DNA of 64,000 nucleotides from Hydrolagus affinis (Eukaryota), in NCBI GenBank assembly GCA_012026655.1, contig JAAILG010000184.1:62001-126000 (forward strand). Direction: 5' to 3'. Positions 1 through 11,495 of the stretch are shown here, piece after piece. Position numbers and translations under genes: made by a program. The first letter of the stretch is position 1; the number at the start of each line of letters is the position of its first letter. The notes beneath the pieces were generated by a model. The model did not search any database. It worked only from the letters and a program-made list of their open reading frames with translations, and was not told the origin of the DNA.

Positions 1-17
1 TTCAAATATTATACTTG

Positions 18-150
18 AATCTTTAATGTCCACCTGAAGTCGCAACACTACCAACATGCAGCACACTCCCCCACTACCACAACAGAATAGTTGCCTAGAT
101 GAGGAGATACAGTCCCAATGTGGGGCCTTGAATCTACAATCCAGAGGAGA
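18..150 (-). mobile_element. Decayed old Deu-domain SINE fragment (SacSINE1-like)
   Basis: ATCTTTAATGTCCACCTGAA is shared with the better preserved minus-strand copy at 19295-19500; downstream CCTTGAATCTACAATCC resembles the reverse complement of a B-box region. Confidence 0.4.
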
Positions 151-270
151 GAATTAGCCATAGTTTGCTTAGAAATCAGAACATTTGTTTCAAATGCCAT
201 CATAGTGAAAAGTTAATGTCTCTCTGAGGTTTACAGCAGATTTATATTCAGCAGTAAGTATTAATAATGA

Positions 271-358
271 TAATCCTTGCATTGATGTAGCTCCTTACTA
301 TTTATTTGAGATGTCTCAAGGTACTTCACCGTGAATTGATTGTATTTTGTGGGCGAAT
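271..358 (-). mobile_element. Young tRNA-Deu-L2 SINE, 3' fragment
   Basis: TAATCCTTGCATTGAT...GTGAATTGATTGTATTTTGTGGGCGAA is the reverse complement of the 3' part of the copy at 24437-24780. Confidence 0.7.
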
Positions 359-380
359 TGTGATCTAAGCACTAGTTCTG

Positions 381-862
381 CACTAAGCTCTGTCAAGCTA
401 TCATCCCATTCTTGCCTAAATCCACTGGTTTCCCATCACTCAGAGGATTAATTCAAGATCCCGGTCCTCACCTTCAAAGCCTTCCATGGCCTTGCCCCAC
501 CCTACCTCTGTGATCTGCAAATCCTCTACCAACCTGTCAAATCCCTCCACTCAGCGGGCTCCGGCCTGGTCCATGTCCCCTGACCCACATGCCACACCCT
601 CAGTGGGCGAGCCTTCAGGCACTCTGCCCCCAACTTTTGGAATTCCATCCCGCAGTCCCTCCACCTCGCCTCCTCCCTACCCTCTTTACACGTCCCACTT
701 CAAGACCCTCCTGTTCAACCGTGCCATTGGTCACTCTCCTTACCCCACTTTCCATCCCTGATCCCGACCCCAGCTTGGGTCTGAAACAATGACTGTCCAG
801 CACCTTGGGACGTCCTCCCAATGTGAAAGGCACTATACAAATATGATTTTATTGTTGTTGTT
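381..862 (+). mobile_element. 5'-truncated L2 LINE (ORF2 C-terminus plus 3' UTR)
   Basis: Frameshifted translation HWFPITQRI / FKIPVLTFKAFHGLAPPYLCDL matches the L2-clade LHWLP..RI.FK..L..FKALHGLAP.YL motif; ends in the shared tail GGGACGTCCTCCCAATGTGAAAGGCACTATA and (TTG)n; paralogous to 53694-54184. Confidence 0.9.
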
Positions 863-2119
863 AAAGACTGCCTTAAGTATAAAGCCTTACCTTAGATTTT
901 TGTTTCAGTAAAACTAACAAACGTGGGAAATACTTTAGTTGTTCCAGTCCCAACTAAGACTCTGAGGGTCACAATTTATGGAATCCCAGAAATAAACCCA
1001 CACTCATCAGATGTCAGCATTAATGTGTTGAAAATAATTCAGAATGACAAATGAATAGCATTTTGCTTTGTTACTAAAAGAAAATCCAAATTTTAGGCAT
1101 TGCCCTGGCTTTAGTGGATTTTATTATAATTCCTTAATTGTGAAATATCTGTTAATTAATCACCAAAACTGTGTAATTATTGGACAGATTCTTTGCAATA
1201 TCCGTACATTATGATGCTCTTGTAATGTTGCCCATAAACAATATTTCTGGATTACTGCTTTGAATTATGTTTACTTTGGCAGGAAATAAAGGAAGCAATA
1301 AACACTGAGCGTATTACCAAAACCAGATTTTTGCATTTTATTACAAGCTGAAGCCAACTTGTGGGAGAGAGCTGCAGTAACAAAGGATTGTTTCCCCCAA
1401 CCCCCCGCCCATCGAAGAACAGCACTGTAACCTTCTCTAGGTTGATGGAACAGGACTAATTTATTAAGAAACAGTATGCTATTCTTAAACTGCAAAATCA
1501 AGGTTGACATCTGCTGTTTCTCTGACATGGTTTAAAGCTGTAGAGGCCATTTTTTTCTAACTAAACAAATGAGGATTTACTAACCATACAAAGACTATGC
1601 CACACTGCCTTTACTAAAAGCATATTATAGCTCCTTTAACAAAGGTTAATGCTGCTGAACTTTAATTTGAAAAGGAAAAACCTTTGCTTCATATTAAATG
1701 AATTATCAGCGTTGCTGCAATTTGGAGACAAAGGTAATGTTTTTTTTAAAGATACCAACCTGCATTAGAAAATGTGTCCCATAAGAGTGCCCTATGGCTG
1801 CTTTTCATTGACCTAATTACCCAAGAAATTATTGGCATGCGCTTAAGTGTGTATGAGAAGATGAGGCATATGCAAGTCATAATGTGATTAGCAGCAAACT
1901 CAACAAATAAAATTAAGTACTGTACTAGTATGTAATGGTAATAAATGTTCAGGTTGCATTAAATTGCACACAGCATAAGATGCAGCACTTAGGGTCTCCC
2001 AGATCTGTTAAGTAAAAGTTTTATCATTAGCCTATACGACAGACAGGTTTGGTTACCTAAATGTGTCCTTCTGATGACAGTATTATTTGTTTGGAACTAA
2101 CACTTCTGTGTTTGCTTGA

Positions 2120-2460
2120 TTTAGTCGGTAGCACTCTCACCTTGAGGTCAGAAGGTTGAGTGTTCAAACTCCTTGTTTGCACTTGAGCTCGTGGTTTTGG
2201 CCAATACTAAATTACTGACTGAATGCTATTTTGTAGGAAATGCTATTTTTTGGATGAAATATTGACCTAGGTCCAGTCTGTTGATTCAATTGGAAGGAAT
2301 TTCTCCCGGTATCCTGACCAACAATCCTTCAAAATAATTGGTCATTCACCTCAAGGCTGTTTGTGGGACAAATAGCTGCCTTTAAACATAGACAAAAACA
2401 ATCTGTACATTTGACAGTAATTACCTGTGCAGTGCAGTGAGATGCAGACATTATAAAGTG
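2120..2460 (+). mobile_element. Old Deu-domain SINE (SacSINE1-like), decayed
   Basis: tRNA-like head GGTAGCACTCTCACCTTGAGGTCAGAAGGTTGAGTGTTCAAA, central TCTCCCGGTATCCTGACCAA and Deu core TTGGTCATT...GCTGTTTGTGGGA; family name from memory. Confidence 0.7.
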
Positions 2461-2994
2461 CTCTTCCTATTTTTACGCATTCTTAGGGTTCAGAGATTGC
2501 CAATCTTTCTATGCTTACTGTGGTTAATTGCAGTCTAAATGTTGTTTTTTCTGAAACAATATGGAGTCTTCGAGAACTACAGCAAAAACCAACTTGTATT
2601 TATGGAGCTCCCTCAGAACACTTCAAGAATTGATTCCGATACCAAGAAAGGGAAGGGGCAGAGTGGCCGTAAGTGCACTTGAAGAGGTAGGCTTTGAGGC
2701 AGGACCTTTTTCATCAGCCTAATGTCTGACACATACAGAAACCCATCAAAATGTGTAAGAGTATCTAAACCAAACTGAGAATTCAATACATCTCACATAC
2801 ACATGGAATTTACAGAGATATTTATTGGAATGGAATATACACTCTCTCCAGAAGGACGTAACTTGTTCACTTATTTGTGAGAAGTATAACAAGAGACAAG
2901 GTTAGCGGACTCCCGAGTGTACATTGGGTTACTACTAGATTGCCGTTGAGAGCTTTGCCTGGCAAGCTTCCCTGCTGCTTGTTCAGCTAGGAGC

Positions 2995-3373
2995 CAGGGC
3001 CGGCGCTACCTTTAGGTGAACTAGGCGGTCGCCCAGGGCGCCAAAATTTGGGGGGGCTCTGGCCCTGGTTACAGAGCACATACGGTTTGCTGCGGCGGCA
3101 AAAATTACTGCTGTCGTCTGCTGGCGTATAGGGGCAGAGGCATGGGAGTTAGCAGTAAGTTGAACAAGCAGTACACACATGCTCATACCGTTTTAAGCGC
3201 ACTACATACACATATGTAGGATGGTGTGATTTTAAAAGGACTACACAAACATAAACGCAGTGAACAAGCAGTGAACAGCAGTAAGTAGTATTAACATTAG
3301 CTTATCAAAAGTTACTAGGGGGTGCACATTCGAAGGCTTGCCTAGAACGCCAAATATCCTTGCGCCATTCCTG
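2995..3373. mobile_element. Non-autonomous hAT-superfamily DNA transposon (MITE), 379 bp
   Basis: Perfect 8-bp TSD CTAGGAGC at 2987-2994 and 3374-3381; imperfect TIRs CAGGGCCGGCGC / GCGCCATTCCTG; CpG-rich ends; no transposase frame. Confidence 0.85.
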
Positions 3374-3728
3374 CTAGGAGCACCATACCTGTTAGGGCAT
3401 TGGCTTGTAGGGTTAATGGGAGCTGAGTGGGAAGAGTTCCCAGTGACTGATCTGCACTTCCAAGTCCTGCTGATGAGGCAGGCTGCTGATGAAGCATCAC
3501 CAATGCCCTGGAGTTCTACAGACTTACCTAGCTCAGGAACTGGACTAGCTCGACTGTTGCAGAGGCTTGGCTCAATTCCAACGTTTCATTCCTAAACATT
3601 TCCACTTGGAGCCAGAAAAGCTTCAAGGGGTCCCTGCTTACCTCCCCTCCCACATGAAGAACTTAAAAATAGAAAAAAATAGAAGAGGAAATATTGGGAA
3701 GTTTCTTCCTTTACTGTTCCACCCCGAA

Positions 3729-3867
3729 TTCTTCGACCTCCCCTTCGTGTTTCACCCCCGCCCAAACACTCCCCTCCCAGCTCGGGTCACACTCCCCCTG
3801 TGCAGCGCCTTGGGACGTCCTCCCGATGTGAAAGGCGCTCTATAAATGTAATTTGTTGTTGTTGTTG
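3729..3867 (+). mobile_element. Young L2 3' end
   Basis: 3744-3867 matches 38198-38327 with one substitution (tail length aside); stem AGCGCCTT...AAGGCGCT and (TTG)n tail. Confidence 0.9.
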
Positions 3868-6800
3868 ACGACAATATTTCTATAACGGTATTGTGAGAAT
3901 ATTTAGCTGTTGTATTTATTTACATAGGTTAACTTACTTAAAAAGCTCATATAGTCTAGGCAATTTATATTATATATTACTGGTCATTGTATTGTATTGT
4001 AATTGTTCCTAACATTTGTTTCAGTATTTTTGCTTTTCGATTGTGCCTTCACACCATTGAGTTCATTTTGTCATTGTTTTATTTTTCCCCCTTCACTACT
4101 ATTATAATGAAAGTGAATACATTTGTATGTTTTATTTTAAAGAAACATATAAAGGTAATCAGTTGCTCACAGGTATAAATAGCCCAGTGTAAACCAAAAT
4201 GGAAATCCTGCAAGCAGTTTAATTGGTTTCAGATTTAGGAATAAACATAAATTCAATTGTTCCTGAATGTATACTTTTCTGCATCGATAACTCCTGCAGG
4301 CCCACTTGCAGTGCCAGGTTACCTCTGATGTGGGAATGCTTGTCAGGAAATGCATTCTATAGCTGAAACTTCACTGAATATCTCAATTTGCTGATCTCTT
4401 GCAGTTTCCCTCGTAAACCATCATTATTTCCCTTATAAACCATCAATCTTTTTTATTAAACGATGACATTGTAAGCAAGAACTAAAAGCAACATGCCTTT
4501 CAGTGGAATATATTACAGCCAGCATGGTGCCTAAGTAGTCTTGTCTGGATTTACTAAAAATCATGGTTGGAACGTAGAAATGGTGCTGTGTGGAGTATGG
4601 TGGGTAAGAGGGGGCGCACTGGGAGGTAACATTCATATGGGGATAAGTTGGTATCTAAAAACATACAAATGTAGTGAGAGTGTACTCAGTGAGGGGGGAG
4701 GTGGGGAGCTCTGAACCACACATTATTTCAATTTTGTGTTTTCAAAGAACGAAAAATGCATAAAATGAACACAATTGCATAAAAAGTTGCACAAATTGAA
4801 AAAAAGATAAGTTTAAAATTAATCATCCATTCTCCAGCGAAACCCAGGGAAAAAATTCCAGCATTTTGAATACATAAAAGATAATTTGCTTGTGGAAAAT
4901 TGAGGCATGGAATCGCCTAGACTCGTTCAGGAGCTACACACGGGCAGGTTTAGACTTTTCTTTAAGAAATGCTAATCCGCGTTAATTCATTCATTCCAAA
5001 ATGCAGCTTATTTTGTGTGAATATAAGTGCCTTCTAAAGCTATTTAACTTATGTAAAAGTTTATTTGGAAGGGCTTATGATTATCCTTAGATGAGAACAG
5101 ATCAATAGTTCAGTGATGTGCAATTCTGTATTGTAACGATTTGAATGAACCGCAGCAGTGAAAGCTACATGTAGTGTAACTAATACTTTCAATTTGGTGT
5201 TATAAATAAGAATTTACTTTCCAGCTTCAAGATTTGTGGAGAAATCTTTGCTTTTGGTTGTCAGATCAATAAGGTCTATAATCGAGCACAAAAGGTATTG
5301 CGCGCCTCTATTGAAATCACCTAAATTCTCATTGATTTTTCTGACATGTAAACCACATGTTTCTCTCAGACATAAATAATCCAGGACCGAGGTATTTGTC
5401 ACAAAACATTCCTGATACTTCCCATTAGGTCTTATCAGGTTGATTTCCCTTTCCTAATGAAAACTATCTCACCTTCACTTGAACAGAACGACAAAACAGA
5501 ACAGTTGAAATAGTCTGCACAAACTATGTGTAGAAACCAATTGTCTGCAATGTGGCTGTCCTTGATGGAGAGTGCATCCATGGATAGTGACGCATCAGGT
5601 AGAAAGTTTGTTTTTAAACAGAGACCATTTGCCTTTGTCGTTTTCCCTTTAACCAGTGATATCGGTCATCACAGAGGGGAACATTTTAGTGAGACTCTAA
5701 TTGCACATTGCTCAGGGCACATTTTTGCTCCTGCACATATATTCCATTCTTTTCTTTTAAAGGGAAAGAAACCAAGTACAGTCATTTGAAATTAGTTAAA
5801 TTCATATAACAAATCCAAACTTAGCCAATTGAAGTCCTATTCCAATTCTGAATTTGGTTTGGTGCTCATTCCTAATGCATAATGACATTACTGCAAAGTA
5901 CCTGCTTAATTTTACCCTTCAGCAATGTCAGCAATGTCATTTTGATACCCAGCCTCAGAACTGTTTGCTTCAAATGAATGTATATATATATAAATAACCT
6001 GCATAAATATAGTAAGTTAAAAAAAATCCTGCCTTTTAAGCATGCCATGAATATTCACAAAGAAGAATAAATTAGTTGATAGATTGGCTGTAGTCCAAAC
6101 AGGTGATATTAGTATGAATAAATCTGAGTTTAAAAATAAGACCAATATTCATTCACATGCATGCTAATTTGTTGCATTCAAAATATTGTAGTAAAATAAA
6201 CTCTATCTGCAAAAAGGTATGGAGCATAAATTAATTTGAGGTGTACGCAGCATTGCCCTGCTGAGATAGATTAATTGCAATCACCTCATAACATAAGCAT
6301 CTATTTGAGGCATACATTGTAAAATGTATTGATAGTGAAGGTCCAAATCAATTTGGCACCTACTTTTATTTTGTCATTCTAACAATCTGAATGTTTATGT
6401 GTGAAGAGGGACAGATTTGTGCACAATAGAGCATTTGTTACAAGGGAGGTTTAATTCTCAGAACTAAACAGGCTCATTGATTTGTCAGTGCAGGAACACA
6501 AGTAGGAAGTACAGCAGTTTAAGGTTTCAGTGATATTCTCTGCAGGGTAATATTTTAATTTTGTTTATATGCTGCGTCAGAACATTAACAAGGCATTTAA
6601 AATTAGAAGCTGATGCATTTTAAACTTACTTGCATCACTTAACTAATTCTAACAATTGGTAAGCTTGTTCAAGGAGAACTTGTTCAATTGGGTGAATATT
6701 TTAATTTGCTAGTCAGAAAGTCAAAAATTGTATATATTTAAAATGTCTCAGAGTGGTTTACAAATGGTTATGCAATTTGATGTTTTACAAAAATCTCTTG

Positions 6801-7097
6801 AGCTTCACTTATATGAATAATATCATCTAAATTCCTTCAATTGTGTAACTGTCTAGTAACTCCTTCTTATGCATTTATCATTGTATTTATTAAAGATATG
6901 AAAGTGATTATTTAGTATCTCACTGTTCATGGACGTCAGCTTTCTATTGATCACTTAATAGCTTGCAGTTATTAATCATACAGATATACTCCATATATAC
7001 ATCATGTGCAACTATTTATTTTGCTATTTTTAATGCGTTTATGAAGGCTTATTTGCAATCTTGGATTAGGTTGCAATTCAGGCTACATAACATAAGC

Positions 7098-7264
7098 TGT
7101 GGAGTCCTGTAGCTCAGTGATTAGAGCATTTGCCTTGCAAGCGAGAGATCTGTGTTCAATTCCAGGCAGGGCAAAACCTTGGGTAAATTTCCTTACTCCA
7201 CATGCCTGATAATAATCCCTAAAAAAAAACCACAAAGATGTGAAAAGCGCTATATCAAATGCAA
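7098..7264 (+). mobile_element. Young tRNA-Deu-L2 SINE, internally deleted (head plus extreme tail)
   Basis: A-box TAGCTCAGTGATT and B-box GTTCAATTCC; after the A-run it jumps to GATGTGAAAAGCGCTATATCAAATGCAA, so the Deu core is missing. Confidence 0.9.
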
Positions 7265-7668
7265 AAATAGAATAGTAAACAGTGTACGAAAGTATTATTT
7301 AATAATACATTTAAATATATTCAAAATATTTACATCTCTGAAAAAGCGTTTCAATCTCTGAATTAGCAGTTGTAAAAAGCTTACTAATCTATTGCCACTA
7401 TATTCACAGGCAAATTAGTATCATCGTGTGATCCATAAAAATAGATATGATGAATTAATAATTCACTTTGCATTTCATAGGACTATTCAATTACATTTTC
7501 TAGTGAAAAGCAGTCTGTTCACGTCTTGTAATCAATAGATTGAGTGTTTTGAATGTACTTTCATCTGATTCAGCTTGTTAGACCAGTTAATTTGTTTACG
7601 GGTGACTTTTTTTTCTGATGGTTCAAGTTGCTGTAGTTTTGAAATTATTTCAAGTACACCTGTGCTTT

Positions 7669-7721
7669 CAGCTCCTTGGCGATGTGAAAGGCACTCTATA
7701 AATGTAATTTTCTTGTTGTTG
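7669..7721 (+). mobile_element. L2 terminal fragment
   Basis: GATGTGAAAGGCACTCTATAAATGTAATTTTCTTGTTGTTG matches the L2 tail at 3744-3867. Confidence 0.7.
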
Positions 7722-9301
7722 TGCTGATGTTTCTTTTGTTTGAGAGAAAAACATATGCATTCAATCTGCATCGCAAGGGACTTTGGGGTTCTGTCACATC
7801 AATAACAAAAAAAAATTCTTCTGGATTCTAAGAGTTTCATTTTTTTTTCTAGAACAGTAAAAAAGGGAAGTTAACAATATTCTTGCTATCAATTTTTAAT
7901 TTTCAAAACCACTATTAAACTTTCAATGAGTACTTCAAAGGTTATTTTTTTTTTAAAAATAGCATTTTGAAATTTGGCTATTCTTTTCTTATGTTCTGAT
8001 GAATTTTCTGTTTGCAAAATGAGAGACATCAGTACTGGAAAGAGAACACTCACTTTCTGATTGACAATCAGAATTAAGCAGTCTGTCGTCAAACACAATG
8101 CAAACCTTGCAGACTTCTGGCCCTACAATATGTCCCATTCAAAAGTTCCACTTTCAGCATAAGCATAAGATTCAGTTCCACATACACTGCATTTTCATTC
8201 TGCGTGAGACTTGCTGATTTATTGCTAAGTGGTGCTGAGTTACAGGTAGTTTCATTCTGTGAATATGCACCCACTCGGTATGAAGCTATCCAAAAATACT
8301 TCAATTAGTCCTCTTAGCTGGCAGAAAGAAGAGACGTTTTGTCATATCACTCCAGGATAGATTTGACCCAGGCTTAGAAGTGAAAGATTTGTATTTGTAT
8401 TCTTACATATGGCACCACTCATGATTTTGCTCAGCAAACTGAATAGTTGTCACTATAAATTCAGCTAAAATTGGCATTTTTTTAAAAAAAAACTTGCTTC
8501 ATTTTCTTAGTGAGGATGGTTTTGTTTGACATTCTTCACCCAACAAGTTGTTTTTTTGTGTGCACATATCTTGCCAGAAAATATCACAAGTGATGTTTGT
8601 TCAGTGCTTATTTGGATATAACTTTGAATGCAACAAAAAGTATAGAAGCAAATGTTGCTCTATGGGCTGAAAACCCATGGGACTAATTTAACATTAATAA
8701 GTTGTTAGCGTTTTTCATCTGAGCAGCTGCATGAATGGTGTATTCTATAATTATCGGCGGCACTGTCACTTCTGGTAATAAAAAGGAACAAATTCTCGAA
8801 GGTATTATCGGTTTTAAACTAATATCTGCACAAACATTCAGCCTACAGTACTCTGGATTGATTCTGATCAATTTTACATGGCACCCTGAAACATTGAGAC
8901 AGGTCAGCCATTTGCTTAATACAATATATACCACAAGCCCAACAGGTTTGATATGCAGTAAATCAATGCAAGACAGCAGACTGTTGTTACAATGCTAGCT
9001 CCTCACTCACAGAGGAGAGTGTAAGTAAAGAGTTGCTTTGGAGTTTCATACTTACATACATAAGTAGAGTTCCAATAACTGGCATCTGAATGCCATTTAT
9101 TTTGAACGTTAGTGAAGAGCCATTAGGTCTTTTGGTTTTTCGTTGATGCTAACTTCAAGGGACCACCTGAATCTTAAACCATTTAAATTCCATTATCTTT
9201 CAATTACTCAGGCCTACCATGGATCTATTTTGGTAACTTTATTGAATGGTAAAGTTATTTTTAGTTCCCCCACTGTAGTAGTCAATGCAGGCTTTATACA
9301 G

Positions 9302-9707
9302 TAATAATATAATAATATAAGAATCCTTGCATTTGAAATAGTGCACTAGACGTCTCAAAGCGCTTTACAGAATATACTGTAAAGTGAATTGACTGTATAT
9401 TTGTGGGCGAAATGCAGCAGCCACTTGCGCACTGCATTGTTCCACAAATAGTCGTGGATTAAAATGATCAATTTATTATAGAGGTTTTTTTGACGGATTA
9501 TTATTAGGCATGTGGAGTAAGGAAACTTGCCCAAGGTTTCACCCTGCCTGGATTCGAACACAGGTCTCACACTTGTAAGGCGAGTGCTCTAACCCCTGAG
9601 CTACAATTTCGATTCACTTTACAGTATATTCTGTGAAGTTCTTTGAGACCTCCAGAAGACGTGAAAAGCGCTATATCAAATGCAAGGATTATTAATACAG
9701 GACTCCA
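9302..9707 (-). mobile_element. Near full-length young SINE interrupted near its 5' end by a second SINE
   Basis: Reverse complement of tail, Deu core, B-box (GGATTCGAAC) and A-box; its first bases GGACTCCA reappear at 9700-9707 after the nested insert. Confidence 0.9.
9606..9695 (+). mobile_element. 5'-truncated SINE tail nested in the opposite-strand SINE
   Basis: ATTCACTTTACAGTATATTCTGTGAAG...AAAAGCGCTATATCAAATGCAAGGATTATT flanked by TACA at 9602-9605 and 9696-9699. Confidence 0.85.
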
Positions 9708-10316
9708 AAGAACTTTGCTTTCTGCAAAGTTCTACAAAAGTGTGGAATATGAGCCACATGCTGGGAACTTAAACAAACCCACTGATATTGCTAACAGTAA
9801 TGTTGCAGGGTATAAGACTAGGTTTGGATAGAGTCAATAAGGTAGGCTCTCATATTGGTGCTGGCTTGGCATTCTCATGGAGCTCGTTTGATTGCGAGAT
9901 CTCTGGGTTTTATTCCTAGTGTTGGGAAGTGAGTGGCTGACAATAAGAGTGAAGAGTTGGACAGAATGGGTTAATTATCCCGGGAATGGACTATTTAATT
10001 CACTGGATCTATGTCACTTTTTACTTTCTGTATAAGTTCATTCTCTGCATTGTTACTTCTCTGTGATTGGCCGTTTGTATGGGGATCTGGTATACAGGAG
10101 TTTCCCAGGTTTGAAATGTATTGCTGCAACAGTATTTCAACAATAAATATTTTGTAGGCTAATAACACTTAAATAACTCCTTTTCACATAGAATATCTCC
10201 AATAAACAGAATGAATGGGTCTAACATAGCAAAAGCCCTGATAAATGGACAGGAGGCTAGCTTCCAGCTCTTCCACAGATTCCAGGATGTATGTACTCAT
10301 CCCTTTGATTTCTTAT

Positions 10317-10416
10317 NNNNNNNNNNNNNNNNNNNNNNNNNNNNNNNNNNNNNNNNNNNNNNNNNNNNNNNNNNNNNNNNNNNNNNNNNNNNNNNNNNNN
10401 NNNNNNNNNNNNNNNN
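10317..10416. other. Assembly gap (100 N)
   Basis: Run of exactly 100 N, probably a placeholder of unknown true size. Confidence 1.
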
Positions 10417-10588
10417 CATTCGGCCCATCTAGTCTGTGCCGGCTCTTTGAAAAGAGCGATTCAATCCCACTGCCCTGCCCGCTCCCCATAGCCTAATAGA
10501 CCTGTTCTCCCTAAATAAAGATCTAATTCCCTTTTAAAAGTTGTTATCGAATCAGCCTCCACCACCTTTTCAGGCAATGCATTCCATA
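10417..10588 (-). mobile_element. CR1-clade LINE 3' end
   Basis: CATTCGGCCCATC is the reverse complement of the CR1 terminal GATGGGCCGAATG; the minus strand reads WNALPEKVVEADSITTFKRELDLYL, the CR1 ORF2 C-terminal motif. Confidence 0.85.
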
Positions 10589-11455
10589 TATTGCACAATA
10601 TTGCATATTGTCAGTCAATATTTTCAAAAACACCACAAAATCTTATAGGCTATCTTCTAGTACCCTGAACAGGTTGAGCCAAAATTACAATGAGATTACC
10701 TATTGTGTATGTGGAGATACCGATCTTTATTCTTTTGAATTGAGGACCACTGTAAATTAATAGGAATACTGGAATATAATATCACCCATGATAATCAACA
10801 CATCACACACTGCAATTTTCCCATACCCTCATTAAAAGAAAGATCCTGTTTACATATGGAACATGCCCCAGATTGTTTTAATATCCAGTTGTATGATTAA
10901 GATTAGAATTTCAGATAAAAACACCTAGATTGTGCAGAAATAAAAGCAATAGTAGGTTCTGCTGAGTGTTTGTTTTTGTTGTAATATGTATATTACAAAA
11001 GAAAATCTGAAAAATCTGTAAAATGTCAAATCTTGCCTTTCAGACATGCGTTTGTTCATGTCATTATAAAGCAGCTTGTATTATTTCAAAAATCTGAATT
11101 TATACTGTTATGAAACTTTTTTTTAATAATTTGCATATTGTACACTCCCGATGTGGGTTTGTGAATCTAAATGCTGGTCACTGGAATGTAAAAGCCAGAG
11201 TAAGATTATTATTAAAGCTTCTCTTGTCCTGGTTAACTGAACATATTGAGTCTTGATGTCCCACTGGATTTTAGGAGAATGGTGGTGCAAGAAGGATTAG
11301 TTTAATTAATATCCAAGAAAAGTTGAAATGTTGTCAGGTTTCCTATCACTCCAGTAACAGCTGGAAAGTGGAATAGTAAATAGCTATTTGATTTGTTGGT
11401 TGAAAAAATCCTGGGGCATTATTGGCAGGCAGGAACTGTCCAAGTGAGGAGTGTA

Positions 11456-11495
11456 CATTTCGCTCATAAATATACGATCAATTCACTTTACAATA
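11456..11495 (+). mobile_element. Small young-SINE fragment
   Basis: CATTTCGCTCATAAATATACGATCAATTCACTTTACA matches the SINE body. Confidence 0.55.

Noticed and set aside
3468-3495. Two CTGATGA motifs resembling a hammerhead ribozyme core
   Set aside because: No stem II followed by GAAA, so the fold cannot be completed.
4604-4620. AGGGGGCGC, a CTCF-like half site
   Set aside because: The left half of the motif does not match the consensus.
5218-5453. 236-nt minus-strand open segment between AG and GT (EREINLIRPNGKYQECF...)
   Set aside because: Weak splice sites, unrecognised peptide and no supported partner exon; compatible with chance.
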